DNA of 64,000 bases from Caldisericia bacterium (GCA_963674785.1 OY771555.1:672001-736000), one strand, 5' to 3'. Numbered from the stretch's first letter, positions 39,813 through 50,208 are shown. The notes: generated by a model not told the origin, from the letters alone. Translations and numbers: made by a program.

Positions 39813-39898
39813 AGAAAAAAGCTAGCAGAATAGTTAATATACCCCCATACGGTTTTATGTCATATTGCCAACTTGAAAAAATGGAGTATGATTGAGTT

Positions 39899-40969
39899 AT
39901 GGATAAGGAAGTGAACATAAATTCAACCGTCAGAGTAGGATTAAAATCCCTGCCCAACCGAATCATTATACCCCCCATCGTAAGGTGTAAGGCGACATCT
40001 GAAGGTTTTGTCACCGATGAGTTGATCAAAGACTATATAAAACACATAAACTCTGGGGCCTCGATGCTCATTATCGAGGCAAGCACGGTCATGAAAAATG
40101 GAAGGATTCTTCCTGGAGAACTTGGAATTTTTTCCGATGATCATATTCACGGACTCAAAAAACTTCGAGACGCTCTAAGAGAAGAAAAGCCAAATGTTCC
40201 AGTGCTTATCCAACTTGTTCACGCTGGCAGAATGTCTTGTGATTTTGATGACATTGTCGCTCCTTCACCCATTCCATTTGAAAACAGGAAAACTCCAAGA
40301 GAACTTACAACCGAAGAGGTCTATGAGATAAAGGATGCCTTTGTGGCAGCCTCTGAGAGAGCTATTAAAGCTGGGTTTGATGGAGTCGAAATACATTGTG
40401 CCCATGGTTATCTTCTCTCTCAATTCATGTCTCCCCTTTCAAACAAACGTGTTGATGAGTTCGGAGGGTCAATCTATAAGAGAGCAGAGCTTCAAATAAG
40501 AATAATTCGAGACATAAGACATAGCTTTCAAGGAAAGGGTAAGATCATCTCTGTCAGGCTTGGTGCAAAAGATGCTGGTTTTTCTGGAGGGATGAAACTG
40601 GTCGAAGGCAAGCTTATGGCGCTGCTCTATCAAAAATCCGGTGCAGACATGATAAATATGTCTCTGAATATCATCGCATCAAAACTCGGTGGCAGCAGAC
40701 CAAAAGAGGACATGGCATTTATCAATTACTCAAAAGAGATAAGTGAAGTCCTAAACGTCCCGATAGCAGTTGCTGGCGGTATCAGGAAAAAAGAGCATGC
40801 TGAAAAAATAATAAACGAAGGGTTCGCAGATATTGTTGCTGTCTGTAGAGCGGCACTTTCTGATCCCCAGTTTCCAGCAAAGGTTCTTGGAGAAAACCCC
40901 GACCCTATAATCCCTTGCATTGTATGTAATGTTTGTGTTCATTATAAGAGTGGGTGTCCGGAGAGGTAA
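39899..40969 (+). CDS. NADH:flavin oxidoreductase (Old Yellow Enzyme family)
   Basis: IQLVHAGR, GFDGVEIHCAHGYLLSQFMSPLSNKRVDEFGGS, C-terminal CIVCNVC. Confidence 0.95.
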   Translation: MDKEVNINSTVRVGLKSLPNRIIIPPIVRCKATSEGFVTDELIKDYIKHINSGASMLIIEASTVMKNGRILPGELGIFSDDHIHGLKKLRDALREEKPNVPVLIQLVHAGRMSCDFDDIVAPSPIPFENRKTPRELTTEEVYEIKDAFVAASERAIKAGFDGVEIHCAHGYLLSQFMSPLSNKRVDEFGGSIYKRAELQIRIIRDIRHSFQGKGKIISVRLGAKDAGFSGGMKLVEGKLMALLYQKSGADMINMSLNIIASKLGGSRPKEDMAFINYSKEISEVLNVPIAVAGGIRKKEHAEKIINEGFADIVAVCRAALSDPQFPAKVLGENPDPIIPCIVCNVCVHYKSGCPER

Positions 40970-41105
40970 GATTCCAAAGGACTCTAGTAATTACTCTTTA
41001 AGTAACTTCACTATAATAATCAAACACTAATCTTGCAACCATTAAGTCATATATGATGGTATTTCTTGTCTTGAGTTCAATCATATTCTTCCTATAATCA
41101 GGTTC

Positions 41106-42326
41106 GTGAAACAGAGACATAAACAAAGCTTGGTCAGGGGAGCAATTATCTCAGGTGTAATAGTTGTTATTCTGGTTGCCTCCTTCCTGTTAATGATATT
41201 TTTAAAAGCACCAGCTGGGTCACTTGATGTTGTATTTAATATTGATGCCGGTGTAAACGCTCAGTCTATTCAGATTGCACCTTCCGGTGAGCCAATCTTC
41301 CTTGGAGATGCCGAAGGAGAGTTTAAAATCCTTGCCGGAAATGGAAGTGAAACCGCATCAATCTCTCTTGGAAAACCAATCCTTCAAATAGAAATAGATC
41401 ATCAAGAAAAAATTGTCATTATAAGAACACTTCTCAGGCTCACAGCATACACATTCGATGGTAAGCTTTCATGGGAACTCATGATTCCAGATTATCTTCC
41501 CGAAAAAATTCAGATGCTTCCACAGGGAAGAGTTGGTATATATTTTAGGAATGGTCGTGGTGAACAGCCAATGGTTGGCGTATATGATGTGAAATCTGGG
41601 GTAGCCGAGCTCTCAATGAAACTTGAAGTTCAACAGACAGACATCAATCCAACCTTCATGCCAAGCGGTCAGTCAATTGTTTTTGAGGTTATCCCAGGCA
41701 TGGTTGCTGAGGTAGCCCTTAAAGAGGGTCTTCCAATCATCTGGAAAGCACACCTCGACACATACGATAACAGATTCTCACAGCTTGAATCTATCACCAC
41801 AAACAGCAACTTTGTTGTTTGCTACTTCAAGGTTGACAGCAAACTTGGAATCGATGACAGATTCAGAGAGATATACGCCTTTGACCCAAGCAAGGTAGAA
41901 GAGGTGACAGTTGAGGATGAGTCTGCATCACCAGAACTCCCACCCGCTTGGAGAAAAAGGGTTGAAGGAGAAATCGTTCTGCTTGATTCAAACCCATCTC
42001 AGGACACGTTCCTTATACAAGCAAGAGATGTCACAATCTTCAACCGAAAGGGTGAGGTAATAGCATCAGAAACAACAAACACAGGTTTCTTCTTCTGTAC
42101 ACTTGGTGATTCAAGATATATGTCATCCTATTTCCTTGAAGCCCCAGCAAGCACAACCTATCAGGTCATGCTTGAGGCAAAAGGAATTGGACGTGAGGGA
42201 GTCCTCTGGAGAAGATCTGAAACCATGACAAACATGATCCTCCCTGTTGTAACTCCTGACTGTGAAAAGATTTTGATGGTACTTCCAGAGACAGGAAGAA
42301 TACTTTTACTGAAAACAAGATTCTAA
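41106..42326 (+). CDS. Membrane-anchored hypothetical protein (probable beta-propeller)
   Basis: N-terminal TM, beta-rich body with xGxxxW motifs. Confidence 0.6.
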   Translation: MKQRHKQSLVRGAIISGVIVVILVASFLLMIFLKAPAGSLDVVFNIDAGVNAQSIQIAPSGEPIFLGDAEGEFKILAGNGSETASISLGKPILQIEIDHQEKIVIIRTLLRLTAYTFDGKLSWELMIPDYLPEKIQMLPQGRVGIYFRNGRGEQPMVGVYDVKSGVAELSMKLEVQQTDINPTFMPSGQSIVFEVIPGMVAEVALKEGLPIIWKAHLDTYDNRFSQLESITTNSNFVVCYFKVDSKLGIDDRFREIYAFDPSKVEEVTVEDESASPELPPAWRKRVEGEIVLLDSNPSQDTFLIQARDVTIFNRKGEVIASETTNTGFFFCTLGDSRYMSSYFLEAPASTTYQVMLEAKGIGREGVLWRRSETMTNMILPVVTPDCEKILMVLPETGRILLLKTRF

Positions 42327-42330
42327 TAAC

Positions 42331-42957
42331 ATGAAGAAAAACTGCGGCAAAAAAACAATTATTGCTATCCTCCTGGTGACAATAATTGTCGCATTCAGTT
42401 TTCACGGAAGTTCAAGTTATGCCAAACCCAGCGGTGAGAGAATTGTTGTTGATAAAACCCTACACACCCTCACCCACTATGCAGATGATGGTTCTGTTGA
42501 ACACGTTTTCCCAATCTCCTGTGGTGCCCCGGGATATGATTCTGAAGAGGGCAATTTCAGAGTAGTCTACAAAAGTATGAATCCAAGGTGGTTTCTTGAA
42601 AGATGGAAGGAAGAAGACCCAGAAGCAAAACCATACCTCCCATATATCAAAGACCCATCAAACCCACTTGGTACAAGGTTCATGGCATTTAATGGCGACT
42701 ACGGCATCCACGGCACAAATGAACCGATGGTAATCGGAAGGCATGTCAGCCATGGTTGTATCAGGATGCAGATAACAGATGTTGAAAAGCTCTTTCCGAC
42801 TGTTGAGGTTGGAACCCCTGTTGAACTCCGCTCAGACCCAGCGATCCCTTGGAGATTGACAAATAACTTCTCTTCGTGGTGGGGTCTGCATGATATTTTG
42901 AATCTTGCGAGAAGAACTCGTGACTACAAAGAAAATCCTCCCAAACAGCAGAACTGA
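42331..42957 (+). CDS. L,D-transpeptidase (YkuD family)
   Basis: NPLGTRFM...YGIHGTN...SHGCIRM catalytic motif. Confidence 0.93.
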   Translation: MKKNCGKKTIIAILLVTIIVAFSFHGSSSYAKPSGERIVVDKTLHTLTHYADDGSVEHVFPISCGAPGYDSEEGNFRVVYKSMNPRWFLERWKEEDPEAKPYLPYIKDPSNPLGTRFMAFNGDYGIHGTNEPMVIGRHVSHGCIRMQITDVEKLFPTVEVGTPVELRSDPAIPWRLTNNFSSWWGLHDILNLARRTRDYKENPPKQQN

Positions 42958-43152
42958 TTGGGTGTCTAAATAATTGATAACTTGATAATTGAAAGTTTGA
43001 AGAAGGTTTTGGTAGAAATCCTTTGCAGTGTGACCATTAAACCTGGAGATGAAACTTAAGTGGCATTTTTTGGTATGGTCATATGTCTGCAAAGGTTAGA
43101 AACTAATTTGATTCTCACCGCAGACAAAAATGTGGTGCGAAAGGAGAAAAAC

Positions 43153-44358
43153 ATGAATTGGAATGAAAAATTTTCTGAACGCGCCGGAAGAATGAGACCT
43201 TCCGCAGTGCGAGAACTCCTGGCTCTCACACAAAGACCTGAGATCATCTCTCTTGCTGGTGGACTTCCAGACCCAGTTCTTTTCCCTGTTGACCTCTTTG
43301 CAAAATCCATGGACAAGGTCATCAGAGAAGATGCAAACATTGTTCTCCAGTACGGCGAGACACCAGGTTACAAACCACTTCGAGAGGTGCTTGTTGATCG
43401 CTGTAACAAAGAAGGCGAGAACATCACAATCGAAAACCTCATCGTCACAACAGCATCACAGCAGGGAATCGACCTTATCGGTAAGGTTTTCATCGACCCA
43501 GGTGATACAGTAATCGTCGAAGGTCCAACCTACCTTGCAGCCATTCAGGCATTTGGAGTTTACGGTGCAGAGTTTGCAACCGTTGACATGGATGACCAGG
43601 GAATGAGAATGGACAAATTGGATGAGTGCCTTGCAGACCTTGATAAAAAAGGCATCAAACCAAAATTCATCTATTCAGTTCCAACCTTCCAGAACCCAGC
43701 CGGTTACACAATGCCAATCGAAAGAAGAAAACATCTTCTCAAGGTAGCAAAAGAACGTGGTATTCCAATCATTGAAGACAATCCATATGGTGACCTCAGA
43801 TTTGCTGGTGAAAAAGTGGAATCATTCCAGTCAATGGACAAAGAGAAAGACACCGTCATTTCACTCCGAACATTCAGCAAAATCCTCTGTCCAGGTCTTA
43901 GACTTGGTTGGATTGTTGGTCCAGAGCCAGCCGTTGATAAGCTTCTCAAAGCAAAACAAGCATCAGACCTCTGCTCACCAGTAACCACACAGGCAGCAGC
44001 CGCTGACTTCATCAAGCAGGGACACCTCGATGCACACATCCCAAAAATCATCGCAGCTTACAAAGAAAAATATGAAAAAATGCGTGACTCAATCGACAAA
44101 TACTTCCCAAAAATTGATGGACTCACCTACACAAAAGCCGAGGGTGGAATGTTTGTCTGGGTAACACTTCCAGAGAGATACAACACAACCGAGATGTTTA
44201 AGAAAGCTCTTGAAAACAAGGTTGCATACATTGTCGGATCAGCATTCTATGCAAACGGCAAAGGACACAACACATTTAGGCTTAACTTCTCATTCCCAAC
44301 TCTCGATAAAATCGAGGAAGGAATCAAAAGAATCGGAAAACTGCTAGAAAACGAGTAG
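43153..44358 (+). CDS. PLP-dependent aminotransferase class I (LysN/ARO8-like)
   Basis: RBS AAGGAG; ISLAGGLP, PTFQNPAG, IIEDNPYGDL, TFSKILCPGLRLGW. Confidence 0.93.
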   Translation: MNWNEKFSERAGRMRPSAVRELLALTQRPEIISLAGGLPDPVLFPVDLFAKSMDKVIREDANIVLQYGETPGYKPLREVLVDRCNKEGENITIENLIVTTASQQGIDLIGKVFIDPGDTVIVEGPTYLAAIQAFGVYGAEFATVDMDDQGMRMDKLDECLADLDKKGIKPKFIYSVPTFQNPAGYTMPIERRKHLLKVAKERGIPIIEDNPYGDLRFAGEKVESFQSMDKEKDTVISLRTFSKILCPGLRLGWIVGPEPAVDKLLKAKQASDLCSPVTTQAAAADFIKQGHLDAHIPKIIAAYKEKYEKMRDSIDKYFPKIDGLTYTKAEGGMFVWVTLPERYNTTEMFKKALENKVAYIVGSAFYANGKGHNTFRLNFSFPTLDKIEEGIKRIGKLLENE

Positions 44359-44377
44359 TAAAGGAAGGATCGATATC

Positions 44378-45451
44378 GTGGCTAAGAAGAAATACATGCC
44401 CATAACGGATGAAGATGTAGCTCCAGAAAAAAAGGTTAGAAAACCAAAAGCATCAGGTGAAGGGTTTAATTATAAAACCTTGTTCTACGTATCTTTGATT
44501 TTGGTTGTGCTTCTGATTGCAGTGTTTGTTATCCCTTGGGGTGGCAGCAGTAGCAATGAAACACACGACGAAAAAATCCACACTCTGCTTGGAAGCTCGT
44601 ATGTGGAGCTTGGAAGAAAAGAGACAGCAACAGACATTGATGATGCCTCAAACAAGGTCGTCTACTGGACTTGGAATGACAGGAATGGTGCCTGGGGATA
44701 CTGCACAGAGCTACCAATCCCTGGTTACCCAAATGTTTTGCTTGTTGTTGACTCCAATGTAAAGGTTGTCGGAATGATCGAGACAAGCCCAATTGGTGCA
44801 GGAATCAAGAGACAGGCAGAGTATAAAGATATTCTTGAAAAATACTCCGGAAAAAGTCTGCTTGATTTCACGTACATTGAGACATCCATTCCAGAGGGTG
44901 AGACCTCAAAATTTAGAGGGCTTCTGCGCGATGCTGCTGCAAATGCAATGAAGGTCTTATACATTGAGGTCAATGGTGAATCGATGTTCAGGTCAAACTT
45001 CCCACAGGGAATCAAGTTCGCCAAGGTCGGCTCGAAGCTTGAACCATGGAGTGTTGAACTCTATGGTGGTGGCACACTCTCAAGTAACCAGTACAAGGGA
45101 AGAAAGTATGCCTTCCTTGCAACCTCATCATGTGGCTCATGTAGAAATACCATCGTCAACATCTCACAGAGACTTCAGAATGAGGGTAGGATGGGAACAG
45201 ACCAGATCATCATGATCTACACATCCAAAGAAGAAAAACTTGAGTATCTTCAAAAACAGATCACAGACGAACCTGTCATTCTTGATGTCAGCCAGAGGGG
45301 CTTTTCAACAAAGATTTCTCTTACCGAGTCAACCCCTTGCATGATGCTTGTTGATGGCAACGGTACAGTTGTTGCAAAAGCCGGTTCACAGATCCTCAGT
45401 GATACAAGTTCAATGAACAAGATTCTTGAGGGCTTCTTTTCTGCCCCCTAG
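44378..45451 (+). CDS. Membrane-anchored protein with C-terminal thioredoxin-like (redoxin) domain
   Basis: N-terminal TM; CGSC motif and TP..MLVDGNG.V redoxin signature. Confidence 0.7.
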   Translation: MAKKKYMPITDEDVAPEKKVRKPKASGEGFNYKTLFYVSLILVVLLIAVFVIPWGGSSSNETHDEKIHTLLGSSYVELGRKETATDIDDASNKVVYWTWNDRNGAWGYCTELPIPGYPNVLLVVDSNVKVVGMIETSPIGAGIKRQAEYKDILEKYSGKSLLDFTYIETSIPEGETSKFRGLLRDAAANAMKVLYIEVNGESMFRSNFPQGIKFAKVGSKLEPWSVELYGGGTLSSNQYKGRKYAFLATSSCGSCRNTIVNISQRLQNEGRMGTDQIIMIYTSKEEKLEYLQKQITDEPVILDVSQRGFSTKISLTESTPCMMLVDGNGTVVAKAGSQILSDTSSMNKILEGFFSAP

Positions 45452-45493
45452 ATTGGGTGTTTTTTCTGATATCACGATAACAAAATTAAAACC

Positions 45494-45522
45494 AAAGGCC
45501 GAGAGTTTTCTCGGCCTTTTTT
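45494..45522 (+). terminator. Intrinsic terminator
   Basis: AAAGGCCGAGA-GTTT-TCTCGGCCTTT followed by a T-run. Confidence 0.85.
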
Positions 45523-45758
45523 GTTTGGTTATATTCTCTTGTCATTCAAGAATTCTCCCCGTCATTCCTAGTGGTTCATGATCTCGTTTCATCCTGAGCC
45601 AACTTAAGGGTCAGAGGATGACAAGGAATCTCCCCTTGTAATTCCATTCAGTTACAGTTCAGCAAGAAGAGGTAGAGTTATTGTTCACCAAATTGAGATA
45701 ATACGCATATTTTGTCTGAGACCCCAGGTTTCCTCCCGGGTGACTGAGAGTAGAAAAT

Positions 45759-45796
45759 AAAAAAGCCGATCCCTACCGGGGGGAGGGAATCGGCTC
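45759..45796 (-). terminator. Intrinsic terminator downstream of the minus-strand SPFH gene
   Basis: AGCCGAT.CCCT...AGGG.ATCGGCT stem with T-run on the minus strand. Confidence 0.7.
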
Positions 45797-45922
45797 ATTG
45801 AGAGATTTCTTTTTTTGTTCGAGTTTTTTTAAAATTTTTCAAAAAAATCTATGTGTCCCAAAGAATGATAAAATTTCAAAGCTTAGACCCCGGATCAAGT
45901 CCGGGGTGACGGTTGGTATTTC

Positions 45923-46924
45923 CTAGTTGCCGCCTAATGATCCGATATCAAGTATCAAACCATTATCGCCACCCATCACAGATGGAAGGATTCCATTCCA
46001 TTTTTCAATCCATCTGCTCTGGAGGATTGCTGGTGTGAGCGAGACATTGATAAGCTCCTGCTCAATCTTTTTTGCCTCTGCCTGTGTTTTTGCAATCTCT
46101 TTCCTTGTTTTTGCCTCTTCGAGTTCACGTTCTGCTTTTTCTACCTTCTGCTGAGCAATTTGTTTGTCTTCGATTGCCTGGGTGTAGGCTTCGGAGTAGC
46201 TGATGTTTACAATGTTTACTTCGGCAAAGTTCACAACGTTGTCTAAGAAGTAAAGAATCTCAGAATCTTCAGTTTTTTCAAAAACATAGCAGTTTCTGGT
46301 TATCCCATTCCACGTAACAGCTTTTGTTTCTCGGTCAGTGTTTATCATATCTGTTGTGCCAATGCTTCTGAAATCTGCAACTGTCGATCCATTTTTCACT
46401 TCAAGAAAGATCGGACTCTTAGTATTTTCCATGAGAGTTTCTTCGCACTGTGATTTGATTTTTTCTCGAGAAACATGGATTGTGGTGGTGTCAAATTGTG
46501 ATGCAACGGCTTTAATAACCTGGTTAGAACTCGGTCTCACAATTTTTTCCGTGACCCTTTCAACATTACCGTATGTCTCATAGATGTATTTTATATATTC
46601 TGGATTCATCGCATAAAGAATGACGATATCCATGTAGACATCCTGCTGTTGCTTAGAGAATGTTTCGGCTTTGAATGAGTATTCAAGCTGTCTCGTCTCC
46701 ATCAGTTCCACTTTTTCAACAAATGGAATCAGAAGATGCAAACCTGGGTCAATTGTACCTTTGACATCACCAAATCTAAGCACCACACCCTTGTGTCCTG
46801 CCGGAACTGTCACAAACCCATTCCAGATAATTATCAGAACAATGGCAACAATCACTCCAATTGTCCATAATCTTGCGGTGTTTCCACCAGAACCCTGCTT
46901 CACGTATCTTTCAAATGTCGACAT
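45923..46924 (-). CDS. Prohibitin/SPFH family protein, full length with coiled coil, carrying a ~60-aa insert
   Basis: RBS AAGGAGG; TM, VPAGHKGVVLRFG..PGLHLLIPFVEKV, YSEAYTQAIEDKQIAQQ, WIEKWNGILPSVMGG. Confidence 0.9.
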   Translation of the reverse strand: MSTFERYVKQGSGGNTARLWTIGVIVAIVLIIIWNGFVTVPAGHKGVVLRFGDVKGTIDPGLHLLIPFVEKVELMETRQLEYSFKAETFSKQQQDVYMDIVILYAMNPEYIKYIYETYGNVERVTEKIVRPSSNQVIKAVASQFDTTTIHVSREKIKSQCEETLMENTKSPIFLEVKNGSTVADFRSIGTTDMINTDRETKAVTWNGITRNCYVFEKTEDSEILYFLDNVVNFAEVNIVNISYSEAYTQAIEDKQIAQQKVEKAERELEEAKTRKEIAKTQAEAKKIEQELINVSLTPAILQSRWIEKWNGILPSVMGGDNGLILDIGSLGGN

Positions 46925-47062
46925 TTCTGCCTCCTTAATTAGTTGTCTGTCGCTTATTATAATAGACACACGACCAAAAGAAAAATTTTTTTGTGGGTGT
47001 TAAACTTTTGAGTTTAAGATGCGTAGGTGATTGATTTTTCAAATATAAGGAATACAATTTAG

Positions 47063-47398
47063 ATGGAGGTTTTTAATGGCTTTATCAAAAAAGAGATCGA
47101 AGAAAGAGATGCGATGCTGGATAAACTTGCTGAAGCGTTAGAAAATGCCTTCAAGTACTATGACAAACACTTCAGAGGATATGATCATAGAAATTCTGAA
47201 TTGATTGAAGGACTCAAAGACGTTAGGGACATGGAAGAATATAAAAGCGATACCCATAAACCCTTAAGACGCGTTCTATGTTCGCTTATTGATACACTTG
47301 AACATCAGAATAGAGCCTTTAAAGCTGATAGAGAATTACTAGAACCTACATTCGGTATTCTTGAAAGCCTTAGATCAGTTTTAAAGTTTGAACAATAG
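47063..47398 (+). CDS. Hypothetical helical protein upstream of the Panacea TA pair
   Basis: Clean ORF; alternative start ATG 47076 after GGAGG is in another frame, so the start is uncertain. Confidence 0.55.
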   Translation: MEVFNGFIKKEIEERDAMLDKLAEALENAFKYYDKHFRGYDHRNSELIEGLKDVRDMEEYKSDTHKPLRRVLCSLIDTLEHQNRAFKADRELLEPTFGILESLRSVLKFEQ

Positions 47399-47436
47399 TC
47401 ACATTTTACTATACTTATAATTGAGAGGAGGATGTT

Positions 47437-47895
47437 ATGGATAGAGTTGTTACTGTTCTAGATGTTGCTGACTATTTCTTGTACAGAACTGCACATAGCG
47501 ATGAGGATGACCAAATGACTCATCTTAGATTGCAGAAGCTTGTATACTATGCACAAGGATACCACCTTGCTTATTTTGGAAAACCTTTGTTTGAGGAAAA
47601 AATTGAAGCATGGACACATGGTCCAGTTGTTCCTAGATTGTACAGTGAGTATAGAGATCATGGTAGTTGCGCGATAATCCCACTTTTGCCGTTTAACCCT
47701 GCAGATATTTTTACACAAGACCAGTTGGATATGCTTGATGATGTCTGGGAGGAATACAGTCAATATTCTGCAATAGGACTTCGAAATCTAACTCACAATG
47801 AAAGTCCATGGATTGACACACCCAGGGATTGTGAAATTACTCATGATAAGATGCTTTCTTTTTTCAGCTGTATGATTGATAATGACAAAGAATAG
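47437..47895 (+). CDS. Panacea-domain (DUF4065/SocA/GepA-like) antitoxin
   Basis: LRLQKLVYYAQG, LFEEKIEAWTHGPVVPRLY, LRNLTHNESPW. Confidence 0.92.
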   Translation: MDRVVTVLDVADYFLYRTAHSDEDDQMTHLRLQKLVYYAQGYHLAYFGKPLFEEKIEAWTHGPVVPRLYSEYRDHGSCAIIPLLPFNPADIFTQDQLDMLDDVWEEYSQYSAIGLRNLTHNESPWIDTPRDCEITHDKMLSFFSCMIDNDKE

Positions 47896-48292
47896 CGGAA
47901 AAAATAGAAAATCAAAGATTAAAAAGAGAGACAAGAACGAATTAAAGAATACAACAAATAGTTTACACCCTAGATTTTCTTTTTATTTATCTCATAGAAA
48001 GTATTGCCCAAGTGTGTGCTCCGAAAGAACAAAAAAGCTCCTTGTTGATAAATTGGTGTATTTGGGCAAGAATACTTGGAGTCAAATAAATCAGTTCCCT
48101 AGAGAAACTGGATTCGAGAAAATTGAAAAAAACAGTATTATACCAGAAGCAACAGAAGGGGCTGAAAAACAGACTTACTATTTGTCCACGAGATTAGACG
48201 AAAGAATGAGGATGGTAGGCTTTAGGGAAAAAGAAGTATTTCACATAATTTGGATTGAGGAGGATCAGGGGAAGGTTTATCCACACGGGTAG
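47882..48292 (+). CDS. Putative cognate toxin (RelE-like/MAG6450-type RNase fold)
   Basis: Overlaps the antitoxin stop; basic N-terminus; FSF...TWSQI...GFEKI...RMVGFRE..VFHIIWI...VYPH pattern (family call from recall). Confidence 0.65.
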   Translation: MTKNSGKNRKSKIKKRDKNELKNTTNSLHPRFSFYLSHRKYCPSVCSERTKKLLVDKLVYLGKNTWSQINQFPRETGFEKIEKNSIIPEATEGAEKQTYYLSTRLDERMRMVGFREKEVFHIIWIEEDQGKVYPHG

Positions 48293-48294
48293 AG

Positions 48295-48642
48295 TTACAC
48301 TTCCAATTTCTCCAGTGCCTCAGAAATAGTGCTGGCAATATGGTCACGTTTGAAGCTCTCGGGGGCAAACATTGAAATCATCAACATAAACATCCCGCTT
48401 GCGACAAGACAATAACTCGAAAAACCAGAGGTGAATTTCTCAGTTGCGATATCTACGGCATCCCTTGCAACATCTGTTGGGATGTGTTCCATCTTTGTAA
48501 TATTTAGAATACATTTCAAGCCCTTGCCGATATATTCCTTTGCCTTGTCCGTAAGTTCGTCAATATCCTCTCTTGCGACATCGCCAATAAGGTTGAATAC
48601 CACAAGGTTTTTTTCGGTATCAAATTGCGTTTCTAGTTTCAT
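48295..48642 (-). CDS. STAS/SEC14 (SpoIIAA-like) small protein
   Basis: 115 aa alpha/beta pattern ending TISEALEKL. Confidence 0.6.
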   Translation of the reverse strand: MKLETQFDTEKNLVVFNLIGDVAREDIDELTDKAKEYIGKGLKCILNITKMEHIPTDVARDAVDIATEKFTSGFSSYCLVASGMFMLMISMFAPESFKRDHIASTISEALEKLEV

Positions 48643-48747
48643 GTACCATTACTTTATATCTTTGTTATTTTTTTTACACAAAAAAATTTATTTTTCCTTT
48701 TTGGTTCATATAATGTAGGAAATAGTTTTTGTTTGGAGAGGGGATCT

Positions 48748-49554
48748 ATGCAAGACTTGCAACCTAGAAAAAGCTCATCCCGGAAATGGGTCGGTGTGAT
48801 TTTGGTGACCATTATCATGACAGTGTTTTTCAAATATGGATTTGTGACAGTTCCAGCGGGATATGTTGGGATTCATCATAGAGCAGGAAAGATAACAGGG
48901 GTTCGTTGCTCGGGACTTCATTTCCAGATTCCTTTTATAGATAAAACTGTTCCTTTTGAAACAAGACAGAGGTGTATTGATAAAAAGATTGAGTGTTTTA
49001 GTTCTGAGATGATGGATGTAAAACTCGACATCACGCTTCTATATGATATTAATCCTGATATTGTTGAATATGCGTACAAGAAATATGGTACAAATGATGA
49101 CATTTCCTCAAATCTTGTTAGGCCGATGCTTGAACACACTGTCACATCAATTATTTCAAATCAAAAAATTCGAGGAATTCACCTTGAAAGGGATGAGTTA
49201 TCAAAAAATATTAAAGATGAATTGATGGACAAAACTAGAAAAATGTTTATTTGGGATTCTTCTGACGGAGGTGCAACTTTTAGTTTGTTGGGAGCTTATG
49301 AGCCTGATGGGATAAAGACAAATCCAAACATCGAACCCCAGCCAGTTTTTATGGGTTTAAGGAAGGTTGATGGCTACAAGATTCAATCATATGGTGATTA
49401 TAGGAAGTTTTACACATATCATTCGATAATAAATGTTTGCACAGTGGATATTCGGAATATTGATTATTCGGAAGAATTTAAAAGGGAACTAACAAGAATC
49501 CAAATGGCTGAACAGAAAAGAAAGGCAGAGAATGTGAAGGAGGTGGTTCCATGA
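48748..49554 (+). CDS. SPFH paralog 1 (with insert, short coiled coil)
   Basis: TM, VPAGYVGI..GLHFQIPFIDK, NIDYSEEFKRELTRIQMAEQ. Confidence 0.85.
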   Translation: MQDLQPRKSSSRKWVGVILVTIIMTVFFKYGFVTVPAGYVGIHHRAGKITGVRCSGLHFQIPFIDKTVPFETRQRCIDKKIECFSSEMMDVKLDITLLYDINPDIVEYAYKKYGTNDDISSNLVRPMLEHTVTSIISNQKIRGIHLERDELSKNIKDELMDKTRKMFIWDSSDGGATFSLLGAYEPDGIKTNPNIEPQPVFMGLRKVDGYKIQSYGDYRKFYTYHSIINVCTVDIRNIDYSEEFKRELTRIQMAEQKRKAENVKEVVP

Positions 49555-50207
49555 CTCTAGATCCATTCGAAAGTGAAAGAGTTAGGGACAACAAAAAAAT
49601 AATCAAAGGTTGGGTTATCTTTGGTGTGTTGTGCATCCTTGTTTTTGCTGGTTACATCTTCTTTCAAAGCGCTGTGGTTATTGATGATGAGCAGCTGGGA
49701 CATGTGTATAGTGGTGGAGAGTTGGTGGATATTTATGGATCAGGGTTTCACTTCATAAATCCATTTTCTCAAGAACTGAAGTTATATAGCACAAAAATGC
49801 AAAACTACTCAACATTAACTGAGTCTTTTTCATCAGATGATCAGGATGTATTTTTGAGTGTGGATGTTTTATATAGATTTTATCCAGATTGCTTCGACGA
49901 AATATTAGAAAATAAATCTGAAGAACAAATTGTTTATAAACTGATACACCCTAGCATATCTCAAGTTCTCAAAAAAGTTATATCAAACTATATGGCTTTG
50001 GATATTCCAAAATACAGAGATGAAATAGCAAGTATCTGTATAGTCTTATTGAACAAAGAGATAGGAAGGTATAAGACCATCAAAATCGAAGATGTCTTCA
50101 TAACGAACATCAATTATTCAGGTGATTTTTATAAAAGAATAGAAAAAACTGTGATGCCAAAGGTTTTAGAAGAATATGAACAAAAAAGCTTCGAAAGGAC
50201 ACCATAA
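49551..50207 (+). CDS. SPFH paralog 2 (no insert)
   Basis: TM, GFHFINPF, IEDVFITNINYSGDF. Confidence 0.85.
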   Translation: MTLDPFESERVRDNKKIIKGWVIFGVLCILVFAGYIFFQSAVVIDDEQLGHVYSGGELVDIYGSGFHFINPFSQELKLYSTKMQNYSTLTESFSSDDQDVFLSVDVLYRFYPDCFDEILENKSEEQIVYKLIHPSISQVLKKVISNYMALDIPKYRDEIASICIVLLNKEIGRYKTIKIEDVFITNINYSGDFYKRIEKTVMPKVLEEYEQKSFERTP

Positions 50208-50208
50208 A

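Noticed and set aside
39838-39856. CsoR-like operator upstream of the flavin oxidoreductase
   Set aside because: Only one half-site fits (ATACCCCCATACGGTTT); too weak to call
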